The notes below the pieces were generated by a model, which worked only from the letters and a program-made list of their open reading frames with translations, was not told where the DNA came from and did no database searches. 57,243 nucleotides of DNA from an uncultured Candidatus Sumerlaeota bacterium (GTDB taxonomy: Bacteria > Sumerlaeota > Sumerlaeia > UBA8349), in contig CAYWYC010000003.1 in the NCBI GenBank assembly GCA_964462565.1, positions 1-57,243 of the forward strand, written 5' to 3'. Position 1 is the stretch's first letter. The number at the start of each line of letters is the position of its first letter. The position numbers were made by a program, and so were the translations under genes. Of this stretch, positions 19,042 to 26,910 are shown one piece after another.

Positions 19042-19082
19042 TATGATGGTTGGGCTTATTGCCACAGACAGGCGGAAAAAAG

Positions 19083-20555
19083 ATGAATACACCTGAAACG
19101 GGCTCCGATTCTCTTCCTTTGGGCAAACGCATGTTGGCTACTATCATGTTCACCGATGTGGTGGGCTACAGCAAGATGGCCAATGACGACGAGGAAAAAG
19201 CCCTGCGTCTCTTGTCGCAGGACTTGTCCATAATCCGCGCCACCTGCGAGCGCTACGAGGGCAATGTGCTCAAGAACACGGGTGACGGCCTGATGGTCGT
19301 ATTCACCAGCGCCGTGCAAGCTGTGGAGTGCGCCCTGGAAATCCAGCGCCAGTTTGCCGAACGCCGCCAAAAGACCTCCAACGACGAAAGACTGGAGCAT
19401 CGGATCGGGCTTCACCTGGGAGACGTGTATTTGCAGGAAAACGAAGTTTTGGGTGATGGGGTTAATATTGCCTCACGCCTTCAGGGCGAAGCCGACGAGG
19501 GCGGCATCTGCATTTCCCAGGCGCTCTATGAAGTCGTACGCACCCGGCTCGAACTCAAAACGGTTTACCTGGGCGCGCGTGAATTGAAGAACATTCCCGA
19601 AGCGGTGCAGGTGCACCAGATAAGCGTGGGAGCCGGAAAACGTCGTTTGCCTTCGAAAAATATCAAAAAAATAAGCGGCCTTGGCTTTTCTCTTTTGAAA
19701 TGGGCGGCATTGTGTGCTTTCACAGCCGTACTGGTGGTTGCCATTATTGTCTGGCGACCCTGGCGTTCAAACCGCAGCGCCCGACAGAATAATCCAAGCA
19801 TCGAAACCCAGAACGAAACCAGCCGGACGAGTCGCCAGAATCGTCAGGATCGGCAGAATGCAAATCCTGGCGACAGGATATCGGGATATCCAATGCCTGG
19901 AAGCGCGGAAAACGCCGGGGTTTCCAGGGAGGCGGCATCGGCTGCGTTTCGCAATAGAGTCGAAGAATATCAGGCGAAATGGGACGAACTTCAAAAAAAG
20001 CGGGATTATGCCGGACTTGTCAAAATGTTAGAGAATGCGGTGATGTCCCGCGCTTTCCCAAATTACGAAAAGGAATTGGAAAAGTATAAAAAACTGGCGG
20101 CCCTCCAGGAATGGACTGCCAGACAACTCGAACCCTACAGCCGAAACCAGGCCTTTCAACTGGAAATCGGCCAAAAGGCGGGCAGCCTGGTGTGGACCGA
20201 TGGCGACCTCGGCGTCCGCGTGGCGACCCCCGACAATCCCGATAATCCAATCAGCATGAGAGACGCACCGGCCGAAACAGAAGCCTATACCATGTTTTCC
20301 CTGCTTCAACGAGAAAGACAAGACGCCGCGCCGGAAACGCGCAAAAAACTTGCGGAATTGTTCAACCATCTGCAGATTTTTATGGTAGAAAACGAAATCA
20401 CGCCTCCCCGCCTTGAAAACCAGCAACACACGACCAGCCCCAGAAAAACGCCACCCCAGAATCTTCGGGATCGTCAGCGGCCCGATTCCCAGGACTCCAC
20501 AGGAAAAACCCCGCGCCGGACCCCCTTGCGCGAACGTCCGCGACTAGACCGATGA
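19083..20555 (+). CDS. Class III adenylate/guanylate cyclase with TM segment and uncharacterised C-terminal domain
   Basis: ATIMFTDVVGYS, KNTGDGLMVVF and GDGVNIASRL catalytic motifs, followed by the TM helix WAALCAFTAVLVVAIIVW. I prefer the ATG at 19083 over the track's TTG at 19050. Confidence 0.85.
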   Translation: MNTPETGSDSLPLGKRMLATIMFTDVVGYSKMANDDEEKALRLLSQDLSIIRATCERYEGNVLKNTGDGLMVVFTSAVQAVECALEIQRQFAERRQKTSNDERLEHRIGLHLGDVYLQENEVLGDGVNIASRLQGEADEGGICISQALYEVVRTRLELKTVYLGARELKNIPEAVQVHQISVGAGKRRLPSKNIKKISGLGFSLLKWAALCAFTAVLVVAIIVWRPWRSNRSARQNNPSIETQNETSRTSRQNRQDRQNANPGDRISGYPMPGSAENAGVSREAASAAFRNRVEEYQAKWDELQKKRDYAGLVKMLENAVMSRAFPNYEKELEKYKKLAALQEWTARQLEPYSRNQAFQLEIGQKAGSLVWTDGDLGVRVATPDNPDNPISMRDAPAETEAYTMFSLLQRERQDAAPETRKKLAELFNHLQIFMVENEITPPRLENQQHTTSPRKTPPQNLRDRQRPDSQDSTGKTPRRTPLRERPRLDR

Positions 20556-20567
20556 AGGATTTACCCT

Positions 20568-20987
20568 ATGCCTCCTTTTACCAGCCTGTTCGCCTATCTT
20601 GTTTATATTGGATTCTGGGTCGTTACAGGCGCCCTGGTTTTTATTGAACTCGGGCATTTTTATCATAATCACAAAAATCCCACCATGCGTCATCTTGTCA
20701 TACGTCGCTTTGTACGGCGCATGACTGGCGTGGTGATTCTGGCCGCGATATTGGTCCTGCTTGTTTATCCGCCGAATAGTGGACTTGACCAGAAAGGCCA
20801 ATTGATTAAGATGCTAAGCTCTCTTTCCCTATGTATATTGCTCTTTCTTTTTGTCTTATGGGATTTTCGAAGCGTACGCCGCGATTTAAGGGAAGAAGTG
20901 AAGAACCTGATGGATCAATCGGCCCGGGAATTGCGACAATATATGGAGAAGGTAAAGGAAGAAGAGGAGCAGGACAAATCTTCCTGA
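20568..20987 (+). CDS. Small membrane protein (about 3 TM, charged C-terminus), unknown function
   Basis: Hydrophobic segments and a coding-like composition. It lies 13 nt after the cyclase stop. Confidence 0.5.
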   Translation: MPPFTSLFAYLVYIGFWVVTGALVFIELGHFYHNHKNPTMRHLVIRRFVRRMTGVVILAAILVLLVYPPNSGLDQKGQLIKMLSSLSLCILLFLFVLWDFRSVRRDLREEVKNLMDQSARELRQYMEKVKEEEEQDKSS

Positions 20988-21039
20988 GTTTCACCGTCTG
21001 TCGGTAGATCGTTGAATCCGAGGAGTTGATTCCCCTTTC

Positions 21040-22404
21040 ATGCGTTATCAGATCTCATTTCGCACTCAAATGCTGCTGGTCTTTTTGCTCTGCCTGGGAC
21101 TGCTGGGCGCGGGTATGATTTTTCTGAACGCCTATCTTATTGCCGGACTCAAAGAGCGCATGAAGGACCAGGCCATTTACCTGGCCGAAGAACAGGGGCG
21201 CAAGGCCGCCAATCGCATTCTGGCTATGCTGGATGAAGAAGGTACCGGCGAACTGATCGAAAGCAAAAACGTACACGAAATGGCCCAGCAGGTGGAAATC
21301 GTACTGCGGGGCAATGATAATGTCATGGCCGTTTGCGTCATGGACTCTTATGGCAATATCGTTATGAGCGACACGGGCGAATCCGCCGAATTGCGGGAAC
21401 TCACCAAGGACGATGAAGGAGTCGAGGCAGTATTCGACCCGAAAAACTTCAACAGCCTGCGGGTGCGTCTGCGCAAAAAACACCCGAACCTTCGCACGGT
21501 TCAGGTTCCCATTAACAAAGGCAGTCACGCCCTGGGCAATGTGATGTTTCTGGTTTCGGAGAGCAAGGTATATCAGGATCTGGAGATGGCGGCCAGTGAG
21601 ATCACGCGGAGGCTTTTTAGCGTCTTATTTGCCTTTATCGGGGTGCTTTCGCTGGGACTCTACCTGACGACGCGGCTATATCGCCGGCAAATGCGGCTGC
21701 GCGCGGAAAACGAAAAACTGGACCGCATGGCCTATGTGGGAACACTGGCGGCGGGGCTGGCCCATGAAATCCGCAACCCGCTGAATGCCATGTCGGTGAA
21801 CCTTTCCGTGGCTCAGGAAGAAATGGAGACCGGTGAAGAGGGCTCAAAGGAGATTGTGGGTAAGGCTATCGGATTGATCCATCGCGAAACCAAGCGCCTC
21901 AACAAGTCGCTTAACAGCTTTCTGCAGTTCGCCCGGCCCGATTCGCAGCAGCGCGAAGACATGGAACTGGCGCCGCTGGTAGAGGAAATATTGGATCTAC
22001 TGAGCCGCCAGATCGAAGAAGCGAAGATCGAAGTGGAGAAAGACCTGCCTGAAGAAACACACATCCAGGCGGACTTCAGCGGTTTGCGGCAGGTGGTTTA
22101 TAACATCGTGCTCAACGCCATCCAGGCTATGGCCGATAATCCCCCAGGAAAGAACCGCGTCTTGCGGATCGGTGCTCGGCGCGAATCGGCTCAGTGGTTT
22201 TTATGGATCGAAGATACGGGGCCCGGTATTCAGGCCGGTACCGAAAAGAAAATTTTCGACGTCTTTCATTCTACCAAATCAGCAGGGAGCGGCTTTGGAC
22301 TTTCCATCGCAAAATCCATTATCGATTCCCACGGCGGAGACATTCGAGCCATGCGACGCGAAGAAGGTGGGACGCGCGTAGAAATCACTTTGCCCGAGAC
22401 ATAA
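21040..22404 (+). CDS. Sensor histidine kinase (two TM, periplasmic sensor, HisKA + HATPase_c)
   Basis: H-box LAHEIRNPLNAM, N-box VLNAIQAM, G-boxes DTGPGI and GSGFGLSIA. Confidence 0.9.
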   Translation: MRYQISFRTQMLLVFLLCLGLLGAGMIFLNAYLIAGLKERMKDQAIYLAEEQGRKAANRILAMLDEEGTGELIESKNVHEMAQQVEIVLRGNDNVMAVCVMDSYGNIVMSDTGESAELRELTKDDEGVEAVFDPKNFNSLRVRLRKKHPNLRTVQVPINKGSHALGNVMFLVSESKVYQDLEMAASEITRRLFSVLFAFIGVLSLGLYLTTRLYRRQMRLRAENEKLDRMAYVGTLAAGLAHEIRNPLNAMSVNLSVAQEEMETGEEGSKEIVGKAIGLIHRETKRLNKSLNSFLQFARPDSQQREDMELAPLVEEILDLLSRQIEEAKIEVEKDLPEETHIQADFSGLRQVVYNIVLNAIQAMADNPPGKNRVLRIGARRESAQWFLWIEDTGPGIQAGTEKKIFDVFHSTKSAGSGFGLSIAKSIIDSHGGDIRAMRREEGGTRVEITLPET

Positions 22405-22409
22405 ACTGG

Positions 22410-22435
22410 ACGGACGGGCACAGACTTACACGGAC
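22410..22435. repeat. Inverted-repeat arm A (ACGGAC-type degenerate repeat) in the HK 3' flank
   Basis: acggacgggcacagacttacacggac. Its reverse complement matches 22675-22700 at 24/26 positions. Confidence 0.8.
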
Positions 22436-22467
22436 AGACACCGACTAACACGGAGCTGCACAAGATT

Positions 22468-23178
22468 TTATCTTTGTTTTTTGCGGTATTCCGATCTGAC
22501 TTTATAGAGACGTTCGGTGAAGCCGCCTTCCATTTCAAAGGCCCTGGCCTGCGACGCAATTTGCCTGTCCAAAAGATAGCACGTGAGATTCAACAAAGAC
22601 AAAGCCCCATTCGCCGCGAGAGTCTGGACCAAACTGACATCCGGTCTCTTTATGTGCTGTGCCGCCATTTTATTGTCCGTGTCAGTCCGTGCCCGTCCGT
22701 GTAAGTCCGTCTTACCCTCCACCAAGCGCAGCTCCTCGGCCACCCACTGCCGAAACTCCATCAAACTCGAAACCCGCCGCTCCTTAAAGCGCACCAGGCA
22801 AGGGTGTTCGCCTTCCCACAGCATCAGGCCCCGCTGTCTCAGAAAATCCTCATAATCCAGACGCAGTTCCTCCAAACTCGCACGCGCCACATTGGTAAGT
22901 TTCAGTTCCGTCTTCTTCGAGGTACCAGAAGCCTGGCTGCCTTCCGCAATATTCTGCACACCCGATCGCGCCGCCTGAACCATCTGATCTTTCGTGCGGC
23001 TGGATCGCGGAACATATTGCTCACAAAAATGCACCGTCAGATCATAGACCAACTGTGCCAATTGAAAACTCTTCAATTTCCGATAAGCGCCATGCTTGGG
23101 AATCAAAGGGCTGGAACCGGCCATCCTCAATACCTTTCCGTAAATCCTTGCAGAAGAATCCACCTTAACCAGATACAT
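22468..23178 (-). CDS. Four-helix-bundle protein (23S rRNA intervening-sequence protein family) with C-terminal extension ('suffix'-type domain); alternative start 23124
   Basis: FQLAQLVYDLTVHFCEQYVP...QMVQAARSGVQNIAEGSQASGTSKKTELKLTNVARASLEELRLDYEDFL fits the family pattern. A low-complexity linker GKTDLHGRARTDTDN is encoded by the repeat. Confidence 0.75.
   Translation of the reverse strand: MYLVKVDSSARIYGKVLRMAGSSPLIPKHGAYRKLKSFQLAQLVYDLTVHFCEQYVPRSSRTKDQMVQAARSGVQNIAEGSQASGTSKKTELKLTNVARASLEELRLDYEDFLRQRGLMLWEGEHPCLVRFKERRVSSLMEFRQWVAEELRLVEGKTDLHGRARTDTDNKMAAQHIKRPDVSLVQTLAANGALSLLNLTCYLLDRQIASQARAFEMEGGFTERLYKVRSEYRKKQR
22675..22700. repeat. Inverted-repeat arm B, inside the four-helix-bundle ORF
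   Basis: gtccgtgtcagtccgtgcccgtccgt, followed by a further partial copy gtgtaagtccgtc. Confidence 0.8.
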
Positions 23179-23285
23179 CTCCCATATCCATTGATTTTTT
23201 GTCCACCTTGCGTTATTTAAGAAAAGGTAAAACGATGGAGTCGAAAAAGTATCTGAAATCTTTCGTTGGATCGGAGCGATGAAGA

Positions 23286-24176
23286 ATGATTGGTTTGGGC
23301 AAAAAATTGAAAGATCATGTGAAGCGACGATTATTGATCGGGCTGGTGGTATTTGCGCCTTTCGGACTGACCATTTTTGTCCTCATCAAGTTGGTTGCCT
23401 TCGGCAAGGAGGGCATGACCAAGCCGATGGTCTCTCTGCTGCTTTGGCTGCGGGAAAACTTTTTCACCATCAGCCTCCAGCGATTTTATAATGAAGACGG
23501 GAATCTGCTTTGGTGGATCGATTTTATTCTTCTCTTTGTATCCATCTTTTTGGTGGTGCTCTTTTTGTATTTTATCGGCCTGTTGTCCGCCACGTTTTTT
23601 GGCAGACGATACATTTCGCTGGGCGAAAAGGCCCTGCATCGCGTGCCGGGCGCCATGTTTGTTTACAATACCATCAAGCAACTGGCTGAGATTCTCTCAC
23701 GCCCGAAATCCAACGCCTTCAAGAAAGTGGTGCTTGTTGAATATCCCCGGACAGACGTCTGGGCGCTGGCTTTTTTTACGGGAGTGACCTACCTCGATAA
23801 GAACAAAGAAATTCGTCTGAATGTGTTCTTGCCGTCCACCCCAAATCCCACCACGGGATTTCTGCTCTTGCTCAAACCCGAAGAGGTGCTCCTCACCAAC
23901 CTCACCGTCTCCCAGGCCAGCCGTTTTATTTTTTCATTCGGCGTTGTCGAAATCGATAAACTATCCTGCGGACCCTTTCCTCCGGCCGAATACCTGGAAC
24001 CAAGCGCCGCTCTTGTCGAAGAAAAAGATACGGTGAGCAAAGAAACTCCTTCTGCCACTTTTTTCAAAAACCTGAAGGAAAACCTGAACAAGGATGTCCG
24101 GGAACTGGGCCGCACCAAGGGCAGCAAAAAAATAAATCCCAAAGGAAACGATCAGAAAGAGAGTGATGCTTCGTGA
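23286..24176 (+). CDS. DUF502 domain-containing membrane protein
   Basis: Typical DUF502 layout: TM helices, then VPGAMFVYNTIKQL, KKVVLVEYPRTDVWALAFFTG and LPSTPNPTTGFLLLL. Confidence 0.8.
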   Translation: MIGLGKKLKDHVKRRLLIGLVVFAPFGLTIFVLIKLVAFGKEGMTKPMVSLLLWLRENFFTISLQRFYNEDGNLLWWIDFILLFVSIFLVVLFLYFIGLLSATFFGRRYISLGEKALHRVPGAMFVYNTIKQLAEILSRPKSNAFKKVVLVEYPRTDVWALAFFTGVTYLDKNKEIRLNVFLPSTPNPTTGFLLLLKPEEVLLTNLTVSQASRFIFSFGVVEIDKLSCGPFPPAEYLEPSAALVEEKDTVSKETPSATFFKNLKENLNKDVRELGRTKGSKKINPKGNDQKESDAS

Positions 24177-25567
24177 ACCGGGAACCGGTACTTCTCATTG
24201 TGGATGATGATTCGGCAAACCTGGAAAGCTATTCCATGGGCTTCGCCCGGCAGCCCTACCGCCTGCTGAAAGCGGAAGGCGGCGCGCAGGCCGTTAAAAT
24301 GTTGAAAAGCGAAGATGAAAATATCGACGTGGTGCTCACGGATTTGAAAATGCCCGAAGTCGATGGGCTGGAAGTCGTTCGCGCCGCCTCCGCCGCCCGC
24401 ATACCGGCTGTTTCCATTGTGATTACGGCTTACGGAACAATCGAATCCGCCGTGGAAGCCATGCGATTGGGGGCCTTTGATTATATCACCAAACCCGTCA
24501 ATCTTTCGGAACTGCGCACCAAAGTGGAAAAAGCCATCCAGGTCCGCCAGCTCCGTCTGGAAAACGAAGCCCTGGAACCCGTGGACGCCGACAAGTTCAA
24601 GTTCGAGGGTGTCATCGGCAACAGCAGCCAGATGAGCGCCATTATTGAAGAGGCCAGAATGGTGGCGGCAACAAAAGTTTCGGCCCTGGTCGAAGGCGAA
24701 AGCGGTACCGGCAAGGAACTCATCGCCCGCGCCATCCATTATAATTCCCCCCGCGCCGAAAAACCCTTCGTGCCGATCCATTGCGCCGCCTTGCCCGAAA
24801 CGCTTCTCGAAAGCGAACTCTTCGGCCATGAACAGGGCGCATTCACCGACGCCCACCAACAACGGATCGGGAAATTTGAAAGCGCCAACGGTGGAACCGT
24901 ATTTCTCGATGAACTGGCCGAAATCCCCCTGACTACCCAGGTCAAACTCCTGCGGGTGCTTGAACAGCGCGAAGTCACGCGAGTCGGCGCTACCCATGCC
25001 ATCCCCATAGACATTCGACTGGTGGCCGCCACCAACAAGGATCTCGACAAGGAAGTGGAAGAAGGACGATTTCGGGAAGACCTTTACTATCGCCTCAATG
25101 TCGTGCGGATTCGCATTCCTCCGCTCCGCGAACGCCCGGAAGATATTCCGCCGCTGGTGGAGCATTTTCTGAAGCAACTGACCCGGGAAAACCGGCGACC
25201 CAATATCAGCCTGACTGATCGCGCCATGACGGCCCTGTGCAGCCATCCCTGGTATGGCAACGTCCGGGAACTGCGCAACGTAATCGAGCAGATCGTCGTC
25301 TTCGCGCGGGATACCCGGGTGGATATCGAAGACCTTCCGGCCAGCCTGGAATTGACGGGATTCGATGCCAAGCCGGAAGAGCCGGCCACGCCCAAAGCAG
25401 GAGCCTCGCCGGGAGCCGACGTGAGCCTGGCCGAGCTGGAAAAAGAACACATCCTGCGCACCCTGAAAAAGATGGGCGGCAACCGGACCCGTGCTGCCAA
25501 AAAACTCGGCATCAGCCGACGGACCATGCAACGGAAATTGAAAGAAATGGGCTACGACGAAGACTGA
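24173..25567 (+). CDS. Sigma54-dependent response regulator (REC + AAA+ + Fis-type HTH), NtrC/AtoC-like
   Basis: GTG start overlapping the DUF502 stop (GTGA). DVVLTDLKMPEVDG, GESGTGKELIARAIH, ELFGHEQGAFTDA (GAFTGA-loop variant) and GNRTRAAKKLGISRRTMQRKLKE. Confidence 0.9.
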   Translation: MNREPVLLIVDDDSANLESYSMGFARQPYRLLKAEGGAQAVKMLKSEDENIDVVLTDLKMPEVDGLEVVRAASAARIPAVSIVITAYGTIESAVEAMRLGAFDYITKPVNLSELRTKVEKAIQVRQLRLENEALEPVDADKFKFEGVIGNSSQMSAIIEEARMVAATKVSALVEGESGTGKELIARAIHYNSPRAEKPFVPIHCAALPETLLESELFGHEQGAFTDAHQQRIGKFESANGGTVFLDELAEIPLTTQVKLLRVLEQREVTRVGATHAIPIDIRLVAATNKDLDKEVEEGRFREDLYYRLNVVRIRIPPLRERPEDIPPLVEHFLKQLTRENRRPNISLTDRAMTALCSHPWYGNVRELRNVIEQIVVFARDTRVDIEDLPASLELTGFDAKPEEPATPKAGASPGADVSLAELEKEHILRTLKKMGGNRTRAAKKLGISRRTMQRKLKEMGYDED

Positions 25568-25871
25568 TTTCGGCAGGAGTTCAGGAAGGATATTTGACAC
25601 ATTGCCCCCTTGACTGCGTCATATTGTCTCAGTCAGAAGCAGAAACACCTGATAAAATTCTTTTTTGGAAACACTGTACTATTTGTACAAAAGGCGGAAC
25701 TTATTGGACTTTCCCTTCATTTATCAGAAATGCACCTTGATATTTGACAGGGAATGCAAGACAATATGGTTTTGATTGGGGATCGTAAGCCGTTCTTGTA
25801 CGATTTACGGAGTCGAATTTTGGCTTTGTGCTTCAGGGATGAAGATATTTTTTGTGAGAAAGACGTTAGAA

Positions 25872-26762
25872 ATGCCCATGAAAAAGCGCATATTCTTTTT
25901 AATAACCATGGCAGTGCTTGCCATAGGCAGTTTTCCAGCCGCCCAGGCCCAGGATGATGCGTTGACGACCGCTCCGGTGGATTCCACGGTAACGACTCCT
26001 GCGGCCGCCACGGTAACGCCTCTGGTAACACCAAGTCCGACGCCCACGCCATCCACCACCCCCGCGTTTACGCCGACCCCGACCGCAACTCCCAATACCA
26101 GCGCAAACACCTTTTTCCAGTCTCCCGGAAGCGGTAATAATGCGCCCCCTGCACCTGCTCCCACCCCGGAACCGGAGAATGATTCAGATGGTGTCCTCGC
26201 CAATATCCTTAATGATCTTGGCAAATATCTGCTCTGGGCCTTTATCGGCGTCGTTGCCCTTTTGCTGATTTTCTGGGGACGCGCCATTTTTATCCGCATG
26301 TCGCGCCTGCGGAAATATGCCCAGGTGGCCATGATGGAGGAGCAGCCTTCCCTTAATGAACGTTTCACCAGCGAACTTTCCACATTGCCTGTGGCGCTTT
26401 TGCGTGGCAGCATTACGGGATATTATGAAAAAGTTTTCTCCCTGTTACGGCGTATTCTGATCGCCCGCGGCGTGCTCAGCGATGGCGAAGCAGACTCTGA
26501 GCAAATCCTCGACAGCCTCCAGAATGCCGGAGCCGACGGCGCCTATATTGATTTTGTCGCGTCTATTACCAACCGCTGCGATGCCGTGATTCATCGCAAT
26601 GAGGTACCCTCCAAAGAAGCGCACGACAAAATCAGCAAGGACCTGCATACCCTTCTCAAAATGAACCCCCATGTCAGCCATTCGACATCGGAAAGCAGTT
26701 CTTCCCGCAAGGCATCGAAAAGCCCCAAAAAGAGTGAAAAGAAAGAAAAAAGCGAAGAATAA
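25872..26762 (+). CDS. Signal peptide + Thr/Pro-rich linker + TM + DUF4381-like helical domain + K/S tail (first gene of the Bat-type locus); start 25872 or 25878
   Basis: MKKRIFFLITMAVLAIGSFPAAQAQ. The segment GYYEKVFSLLRRIL...SEQILDSL...RCDAVIH aligns by eye with the C-terminal domain of 29127..30164. Confidence 0.65.
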   Translation: MPMKKRIFFLITMAVLAIGSFPAAQAQDDALTTAPVDSTVTTPAAATVTPLVTPSPTPTPSTTPAFTPTPTATPNTSANTFFQSPGSGNNAPPAPAPTPEPENDSDGVLANILNDLGKYLLWAFIGVVALLLIFWGRAIFIRMSRLRKYAQVAMMEEQPSLNERFTSELSTLPVALLRGSITGYYEKVFSLLRRILIARGVLSDGEADSEQILDSLQNAGADGAYIDFVASITNRCDAVIHRNEVPSKEAHDKISKDLHTLLKMNPHVSHSTSESSSSRKASKSPKKSEKKEKSEE

Positions 26763-26910
26763 GTTTCACCCAAATGGTTCTGAATTGTCTGCTTCTAAAC
26801 AGAATTTTACACCCCCCTTTATTTCGGCATGATTTTCGCAATTATGTGCGTTGACACTTGGCACTGAGCCAAGCTGACGCAGTATTTTTATGCCATTTTG
26901 GAGGGGAATA

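Noticed and set aside
19050-19082. TTG start extending the cyclase by 11 codons
   Set aside because: The candidate promoter places the TSS at about 19048. The ATG at 19083 gives a normal N-terminus directly preceding the catalytic domain.
24152-25600. 482-aa minus-strand ORF
   Set aside because: It is antisense to the sigma54-type response regulator, which has REC, Walker A and HTH motifs.
25568-25871. Expected sigma54 promoter between the activator gene and the first Bat-locus gene
   Set aside because: I checked every GG on the plus strand and none has a GC at +11. Only sigma70-like TTGACA boxes are present (25595 and 25744), with mediocre -10 elements. An ATATTTGACA direct repeat and a catattgtc/gacaatatg inverted repeat are also present. 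Their significance is unclear.
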